This document shows positions 58,084 through 64,000 of a stretch of 64,000 bases of DNA, piece by piece. Both the position numbers and the translations under genes were made by a program. The notes beneath the pieces are model-generated. The model was given only the letters and a program-made list of their open reading frames with translations, did no database searches and was not told the origin of the DNA. The stretch's first letter is position 1; every line of letters begins with the position of its first letter. The stretch is from Promethearchaeia archaeon (GTDB taxonomy: Archaea > Asgardarchaeota > Lokiarchaeia > Sigyniarchaeales > SOKP01): assembly GCA_029856145.1 (NCBI GenBank), contig JAHQWK010000008.1, forward strand, positions 96,001 to 160,000. Reading direction: 5' to 3'.

Positions 58084-61000
58084 ATGGAAAAAATTGGGTC
58101 TGTTTTAGTAGTAGGAGGAGGAATAGCAGGAATCCAAGCATCAATGGATTTAGCAGATTCAGGGTTTAAAGTCTATTTAGCTGAATCATCAATGAGTATT
58201 GGAGGCGTTATGTCTCAATTAGACAAAACGTTTCCTACTAACGATTGTTCTATTTGTATACTCGCGCCTAAGTTAGTAACTGCTGGGCGTCATGAAAATA
58301 TTACACTTTTAATTAATACGACTTTAGAAAAAATTGATGGAAATCCAGGTAATTTTACTGTTGAGCTACAACAAAAAACATTATTATTAGATCAAGAAAA
58401 ATGCACTGGTTGTGGTGTATGTGCTCAAGAATGTCCTGTAGAAGCGATGGACTTCTTTAATGAAGGGTTATCGATTAGATCAGCAATATCTGTAAAATTT
58501 CCGCAAGCAGTTCCATTGGTTTTTTCAATAAACCAAGAAATATGTATAGGATGTGGATTTTGTAAAGGAGTTTGTAAAGCTAAAGCAATAGATTACACTC
58601 TTGAGGATAAATTTACTACTTTGAATGTTGGAGCTATTGTTTTAGCACTTGGGTTTGATGAATATGATCCTAGTCTTACTCAACAATATGGATATAGTAA
58701 ATATTTGAATGTGGTCACTAGTATTGAATTTGAGCGGATATTAAGCGCAAGTGGCCCACATTCAGGACTTATCCTTAGACCATCTGATGGAATAATTCCA
58801 AGAAAAATAGCATTCCTACAGTGTGTAGGATCAAGAGATAAGAAACATGGCGTAGAATATTGTTCTTCAGTTTGTTGTATGTATACAGCTAAAGAGGCGG
58901 TAATTGCCAAAGAACATATGGAAATCATTGAACCTACGATTTTTTCAATGGATGTGAGAGCTGTTGGAAAAGATTTCGATAAATATATTGAACGCGCTCA
59001 AGATGAATATGGCATAAGATATATTAGAAGTAGAATATCAGATATTACAGAAATACTCGGGACTAAAGACCTAATCCTTCATTTCGAAAATGAGGAAGGA
59101 AAAGTAGTTAGTGAGGTTTTTAATTTAGTTGTTTTAGCTGTAGGGGCTTTACCAAATCATAGCACAAAAGAATTAGCAAAAAAATTAAACATTGAATTGA
59201 ATAATTATGATTTCTGTAAGACAAAACCTTTTTCCCCAGTAGAAACATCTAGAGAAGGAATTTATGTATGTGGCATGATTTCAGAACCTAAAGATATTCC
59301 AGAAACAGTTGTAGAGGCAAGTGCTGCAGCAGGTGCTGTAAATATTCTTTTATCTGATGTGAGAAACACATTAATTACTAAAAAAGAATTACCAAAAGAA
59401 ATTGATACAAGTGGAGAACCCCCTCGCATCGGCGTTTTTATATGTCATTGTGGGATTAATATCGGAGGTGTTGTAAATGTTCCTGAAGTTGTTGATTATG
59501 CAATTCAATTACCGGATGTAATTTATGCAGAAAGGAATTTATATACGTGCTCGGCGGATACCCAAACTAATATTAAAGAACAAATTAAGGAGCATAATTT
59601 AAATCGAGTAATAGTTGCTTCATGTACCCCAAGAACCCATGAACCTTTATTTCAAGCAACCATTAGAGAGGCAGGCTTGAATAAGTATCTCTTTGATTTA
59701 GCAAATATTCGAGATCAATGTTCATGGGTACATATGCATAAACCAGAAGAGGCAACAGAGAAAGCCAAGGACTTAGTAAGGATGGCTGTTGCTAAAGCTC
59801 GAAAATTAGTCCCTCTTCAAGAACAACAAGTAGAAGTAATTCACAAGGGAATGGTAATTGGAGGAGGAGTTGCAGGGATGACAGCAGCCTTAAATCTTGC
59901 AAATCAAGGATTTGAAGTTTTTCTCGTGGAGAAAAGTGATAAATTAGGGGGATTTTCTACTAATATTTATCAAACTATAGAAAATTATAATGTTCAAGAA
60001 TTTCTAAAAGATTTAATAAAAAAAGTTAATGATAATAAGTTCATTAATGTATTTCTTAACGCTAGAATTAGTTCAATAGGAGGATATGTTTGTAACTTTA
60101 CAACCAAAATTACCTATGGTGAAGATAAACAAAAGAAAGAATTCCAGCACGGTATTATTATAGTGGCTACTGGTGCTCATGAATATCAACCTAAAAATAA
60201 TGAATTTCTTTTTGGGAAAGATAAAAGAATTATTTTACAATCAGAACTCGAAAAAATTCTTTTTACTGAAGAAGAGAAAATTAACAATCTAAATTCATTA
60301 GTAATGATACAATGCGTTGGCTCACGAAATGAGGAACATCCTTATTGTAGTAGAATGTGTTGCAGTGAAGCTATTAAAAATGCTTTAAAGGCAAAAGAAA
60401 TTAATCCAAATCTTAATATCACTGTTTTATATAGGGATATAAGAACCTATGGTTTTAAAGAAAAATATTATGATTTAGCAAGAGAAAAAGGAGTTATTTT
60501 TCTTAGGTTTAAAGATGATAAACCTCCAGAAATTAAGCTAGAAAATGGTAAATTAAGCATTTATATAGATAAACCGGATATTGGAAATATCAAGATAAAT
60601 TCAGATCTAGTTGCTCTAAGCGCCGGTATAGTTACCGATGGCCAAGCAAACGAAAATTTGGCAAAAATGCTGAAGGTCCCTACTAATGACGATAATTTTT
60701 TCTTAGAGGCTCATGTAAAGCTCCGACCATCAGATTTCGCAACTGATGGTATCTTTTTATGTGGTACTGCTCGTGGAACTGCAACAATTAGCGAAAGTGT
60801 AGCACAGGCAATGTCAGCTGCCTCTAGAGCCACTACAATTTTATCTAAAGATATTTTAATTACTGAAGGTGTTATTTCAAAAGTTGACCCTGCCCTATGC
60901 ATTGGTTGTAATAGATGTGCTGACGTCTGTAATTACGGTGCTGTTGGGGTAAAATTTGAAGAAGGTTTAATGATATCTGAAGTTAATCCGTTACTTTGTA

Positions 61001-61545
61001 AAGGATGTGGAGATTGTGCTGCTGAGTGTCCAGCAGAAGCTATAACAATGAGTCATTTTGGTCGAATTCAAATAGAACCAATGATAACTGAAGCTGCTAA
61101 AACTACAGTTGCAAATGGTCAACCTAGAATTGTTGCCTTTCTCTGCAACTGGTGTAGTTATGCCGGGGCCGATTTAGCTGGAGTAAGTCGATACCAATAT
61201 CCTCCAAATATAAGAACTATAAGAGTTATGTGTTCTGGTGGTATTCCAAAGAGTTTTATATTACAAGCATTTTTAGAAGGGGCTGATGGTGTTTTTATTG
61301 GAGGATGCCATCTTGGAGATTGTCATTATATAGCGGGAAATCAAGATACTTTAAGAAGAACCGATGAAATTGAAAAAGTAATAGAATCCCTTGGAATTAA
61401 TCCAGAAAGATTCATGCGAAAATGGGTTTCTGCAAGTGAAGGAAAAATATTTGCTGACACCATTACAGAATTTACCGAAAAGTTAAAAAAATTAGGCCCA
61501 ATTGAAAATGATTATAAAAAAAAAGAAATAATCATAACAGAATAA
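58084..61545 (+). CDS. hdrA: Fused double-HdrA/MvhD polyprotein
   Basis: Two GGGxAG FAD modules, internal IGVFICHCG, two ferredoxin pairs, C-terminal FLCNWCSY...GCHLGDCHY. Confidence 0.95.
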   Translation: MEKIGSVLVVGGGIAGIQASMDLADSGFKVYLAESSMSIGGVMSQLDKTFPTNDCSICILAPKLVTAGRHENITLLINTTLEKIDGNPGNFTVELQQKTLLLDQEKCTGCGVCAQECPVEAMDFFNEGLSIRSAISVKFPQAVPLVFSINQEICIGCGFCKGVCKAKAIDYTLEDKFTTLNVGAIVLALGFDEYDPSLTQQYGYSKYLNVVTSIEFERILSASGPHSGLILRPSDGIIPRKIAFLQCVGSRDKKHGVEYCSSVCCMYTAKEAVIAKEHMEIIEPTIFSMDVRAVGKDFDKYIERAQDEYGIRYIRSRISDITEILGTKDLILHFENEEGKVVSEVFNLVVLAVGALPNHSTKELAKKLNIELNNYDFCKTKPFSPVETSREGIYVCGMISEPKDIPETVVEASAAAGAVNILLSDVRNTLITKKELPKEIDTSGEPPRIGVFICHCGINIGGVVNVPEVVDYAIQLPDVIYAERNLYTCSADTQTNIKEQIKEHNLNRVIVASCTPRTHEPLFQATIREAGLNKYLFDLANIRDQCSWVHMHKPEEATEKAKDLVRMAVAKARKLVPLQEQQVEVIHKGMVIGGGVAGMTAALNLANQGFEVFLVEKSDKLGGFSTNIYQTIENYNVQEFLKDLIKKVNDNKFINVFLNARISSIGGYVCNFTTKITYGEDKQKKEFQHGIIIVATGAHEYQPKNNEFLFGKDKRIILQSELEKILFTEEEKINNLNSLVMIQCVGSRNEEHPYCSRMCCSEAIKNALKAKEINPNLNITVLYRDIRTYGFKEKYYDLAREKGVIFLRFKDDKPPEIKLENGKLSIYIDKPDIGNIKINSDLVALSAGIVTDGQANENLAKMLKVPTNDDNFFLEAHVKLRPSDFATDGIFLCGTARGTATISESVAQAMSAASRATTILSKDILITEGVISKVDPALCIGCNRCADVCNYGAVGVKFEEGLMISEVNPLLCKGCGDCAAECPAEAITMSHFGRIQIEPMITEAAKTTVANGQPRIVAFLCNWCSYAGADLAGVSRYQYPPNIRTIRVMCSGGIPKSFILQAFLEGADGVFIGGCHLGDCHYIAGNQDTLRRTDEIEKVIESLGINPERFMRKWVSASEGKIFADTITEFTEKLKKLGPIENDYKKKEIIITE

Positions 61546-61582
61546 GAATTTTATCAAGTTCATAAAATTAGGAGTTTTTAAT

Positions 61583-62281
61583 ATGATAATAACTAAACAA
61601 AAAGATATTGAAGAAATATACGATATGATAAAACCATACTCGAAAATCCTTGTTGCTGGGTGTGATGGTTGCTGTCAACCTCCACGTTCAATAAATGAAG
61701 CAAAAGTTCTAGCCCAAATGCTCGAATTAAAAGCAAGGAGTGAAGGAAAAGAATTAAAATGGAGGGCTATAACGGTTTTAAGACAATGTGATGACAGAAT
61801 TGCCGCTACAACAATTAGACCCTTTATTGAAGAATATGATGCAATTGTTTCATTAGCATGTGGTTTAGGTGTAGGAATGCTGAATAAAATCTTTCCTACA
61901 ATTCTCACTTTCCCGGCACAAAATAGTATGTTTGGAGGTGCAGAGATTAATGGAGAAAATTATTTTGCTGAATACTGCGAAACTTGTGGGGATTGTCTAC
62001 TGGGAGTTACAGGTGGGATTTGTCCTATGGCGGGGTGTGCTAAAAACCTCAGTAACGGTCCTTGTGGAGGACAAGTCGAAGGTAAATGTGAAGTAGGAGG
62101 GTATATACATGATTGTGCGTGGGTAAAAATGTGGGAACGCCTGAAGCAATTTAACAGATTAGATCTATTCACAATCTATAGACCACCTCGTAATTATCAG
62201 TTATGGTCAAGTCCAAGATTTTTACATATTTATGAACCCATTTCAAATGAGGAAGAACAGAAAAAGGAGGAGAAAGTATAA
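61583..62281 (+). CDS. metV: MetV (Cys-rich partner of methylene-THF reductase)
   Basis: MIITKQK, GCDGC, RQCD, ACGLG, CETCGDC...CP..CAK.L.NGPCGG...CEV...CAW. Confidence 0.92.
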   Translation: MIITKQKDIEEIYDMIKPYSKILVAGCDGCCQPPRSINEAKVLAQMLELKARSEGKELKWRAITVLRQCDDRIAATTIRPFIEEYDAIVSLACGLGVGMLNKIFPTILTFPAQNSMFGGAEINGENYFAEYCETCGDCLLGVTGGICPMAGCAKNLSNGPCGGQVEGKCEVGGYIHDCAWVKMWERLKQFNRLDLFTIYRPPRNYQLWSSPRFLHIYEPISNEEEQKKEEKV

Positions 62282-62282
62282 G

Positions 62283-63215
62283 ATGCCAAACAGACCTGCT
62301 TTCAGTAATTTAGTAAAAACAATCAGAGAAGGTAAATTTGTGTTCACGGGCGAATTAGAACCTGAGAAAGATTTTGATTTAAAGCATGTTCTGCATTCTG
62401 CAGAAGAAATGAAAAAAACTGGAAAAATAATTGCAGCTAACGTTACTGATGGCCCCCAAGGAGATGCTTATACCTGCTCCATGGTGCCTTGTTACTTAGT
62501 TCAAGAAAAAGTTGGATTAGAAGCGATTTGGCAGATGACCGTGAGGGATCGAAATCGAATTGCGTTATTTGGCGATATCTTAGGTGGAGCTATACTTGGC
62601 CTTAAAAATTTACTTGCATTAACAGGAGATCATTCTGCCCTTGGAGATCATCAAAATGCTAGAGCTGTATATGATTTAGATTCCACTCAATTGATAGAAC
62701 TAATTTCAAAAATGGTTGATGAAGGAACTGATTTAGAAGGTAATGAAATACAGGGGGGAAAACCCCAGTTAAATGTTGGCTGTGCAGCAAATCCAAATTC
62801 AAATCCAAGAGAACCAGAAATCCTAAAAGTTGGTAGAAAGGTAGAAGTAGGAGCAGATTTTATTCAAACCCAAACATCATTTGATGTAGATGATGCTAAG
62901 GAATTCCTAAAAGAATTAGAAAGATTCAATATCCCTGTTTTGCTTGGCTTATTTCCGATAAAAAATTATGGTATTGCATGGTATTTTAATGAATATATTC
63001 CCGGTGTTTCAGTTCCTAAGGATTTTCTTGATGCCTTAAAAGCAACTAAAAAAATAAAAGATAAAAAAGAAAAATATGCTGCGATCGATAAAATTAATCT
63101 AGAGTTTTACGAACCATTTATCAAAGAAATTAAGAAAACTACGAAAGCTGCAGGAATTCATTGCATGGCAGTACATTATGAAAGATTATTTGGACCACTC
63201 CTTAAGGACTTCTGA
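62283..63215 (+). CDS. metF: Methylenetetrahydrofolate reductase, MetFV type
   Basis: TGELEP, NVTD, RDRNRIAL, LTGDH, YDLDS, GADFIQTQ, GIHCM; start set to the ATG at 62283 directly after the metV stop, with GGAGG upstream. Confidence 0.93.
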   Translation: MPNRPAFSNLVKTIREGKFVFTGELEPEKDFDLKHVLHSAEEMKKTGKIIAANVTDGPQGDAYTCSMVPCYLVQEKVGLEAIWQMTVRDRNRIALFGDILGGAILGLKNLLALTGDHSALGDHQNARAVYDLDSTQLIELISKMVDEGTDLEGNEIQGGKPQLNVGCAANPNSNPREPEILKVGRKVEVGADFIQTQTSFDVDDAKEFLKELERFNIPVLLGLFPIKNYGIAWYFNEYIPGVSVPKDFLDALKATKKIKDKKEKYAAIDKINLEFYEPFIKEIKKTTKAAGIHCMAVHYERLFGPLLKDF

Positions 63216-63292
63216 AAATGGGTGCATTTAATAAAAGAAATATAATTTTTTAAATTTTAAATTAAAATAAAAAAGAAACGAAGGAATTAATA

Positions 63293-63760
63293 ATGAAAAA
63301 TTTGGATGATAAGGATAAGAGAATTCTGGAAATGCTTCTTGAGGATTCTAGAAGACCATACCACGAAATTGCAGCAGATGTAAATGTAAACTTATCTGAA
63401 TCTACTGTAAGAAAAAGAGTTATCAAGCTTCAAGAAGAAGGAGTAATTGAAAACTTTACTATAAAGATCTGTCGTGAAGATGAGAGATGTATTATTGCAT
63501 TTATTACATTAATTCCAAAAACTCAGGCTGAGACAAAAGAATTGTTGAGAGAAGCACAAATTCTTCCTCAATGTGAGGAAGTTTATTTTCTCGCGGGAGA
63601 ATGTGGTGTTTTAGTAAAAGTTAATGTACCAGAAATAATTGAATTAGATGCGTTAATAGAGTCATTTCGTGGTCGTGCTGATGTAAAAAGCGTTGAGAGA
63701 GTATGCGTTGTTTTAAGACCAATAAAAACAGTCTTACAATCTAAAGATAGAGTTTTATAA
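63293..63760 (+). CDS. Lrp/AsnC transcriptional regulator
   Basis: LDDKDKRILEMLLEDSR, LSESTVRKRV..L...GVI..FT, LAGE. Confidence 0.93.
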   Translation: MKNLDDKDKRILEMLLEDSRRPYHEIAADVNVNLSESTVRKRVIKLQEEGVIENFTIKICREDERCIIAFITLIPKTQAETKELLREAQILPQCEEVYFLAGECGVLVKVNVPEIIELDALIESFRGRADVKSVERVCVVLRPIKTVLQSKDRVL

Positions 63761-63788
63761 AGATAAAATAATTAAGGTCTAAAGTAAT

Positions 63789-64000
63789 TTAATTGAACCA
63801 GTTTACAGTTGAAACTAATTTGTGTTTGTAGTACTTTCCTAGAATTAATCTTAGAATCTCTTCAAAACAATCTAGAACCCCCTCTCCGCTGATTGCAATA
63901 GTAAATCTTGTCTCCACTTTTTGATACATATCAAGCTTTATTTCTCTTAGGAAAACTCTGGAATTAAATTTTTCTGGTAAATCTTGTTTATTAAATGCAA
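63789..64000 (-). CDS. Partial small GTPase (3' end; continues beyond the window), absent from the ORF track
   Basis: Hand translation ...AFNKQDLPEK...TIAISGEGVLDCFEEIL...WFN*; G4 NKQD and G5-like A..GEGV. Confidence 0.8.
   Translation of the reverse strand, partial: AFNKQDLPEKFNSRVFLREIKLDMYQKVETRFTIAISGEGVLDCFEEILRLILGKYYKHKLVSTVNWFN

Noticed and set aside
54342-61545. Selenocysteine recoding in HdrA/MvhD, families known to be selenoproteins in some Lokiarchaeia and methanogens
   Set aside because: All ORFs are open and full-length with Cys at the motif positions (CNWC, GCHLGDCHY); no in-frame TGA is needed
36-62172. Many antisense or overlapping ORFs in the track (e.g. 36-467, 2707-3105, 10352-11020, 29343-29765, 47865-48143, 55352-55684)
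   Set aside because: They are shadows of well-supported genes, with Ser/Ile/Phe/Leu-rich antisense composition and no motifs
62232-62282. 51-nt N-terminal extension of MetF overlapping metV
   Set aside because: The ATG at 62283 follows the metV stop and a GGAGG site; the extension is simply the off-frame reading of the metV tail
1-64000. tRNA, rRNA, CRISPR arrays, IS elements, provirus
   Set aside because: No GC-rich structured intergenic segments, regularly spaced repeats, transposase, integrase or capsid ORFs were seen by eye; tRNAscan-SE/Infernal would be needed to exclude short RNAs

Overview
AT-rich, gene-dense archaeal chromosome segment, most likely from an Asgard archaeon of the Lokiarchaeia type. 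That assignment is inferred from archaeal informational genes (rpoD-L18e-L13-S9, aEF-1beta, Sm, RIO2, TrmI, thermosome) sitting next to five small-GTPase-like ORFs, a gelsolin-like domain, a eukaryote-like PPP phosphatase, and TPR and LRR proteins. Other content: bacterial-type mutL and mutS, a 2-oxoacid:ferredoxin oxidoreductase operon split by a 4-PAS histidine kinase, an orphan N6-adenine-type DNA methyltransferase, aroC, aroA, glyA, trpS and GTP-PEPCK. A 10 kb hdrC-hdrB-hdrA-hdrA-mvhD(wHTH)-hdrA2/mvhD-metV-metF cluster points to an Hdr-coupled, possibly electron-bifurcating methylene-THF reductase. Reading the raw sequence added four things missing from the ORF track: a 58-aa Zn-ribbon gene, a Gfo/Idh/MocA pseudogene, the P-loop-bearing N-terminus of an MglA-like GTPase that has no canonical start codon, and a partial GTPase at the right edge. 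The best candidates for undescribed biology are a gelsolin-like domain fused to about 4 transmembrane helices, the doubled Hdr-MetFV module, the non-AUG GTPase with a Q-to-L substitution, and a solo circularly permuted ATP-grasp ligase. No rRNA, tRNA, CRISPR array or transposase was seen. All calls come from motif recognition by eye; no database search was run.
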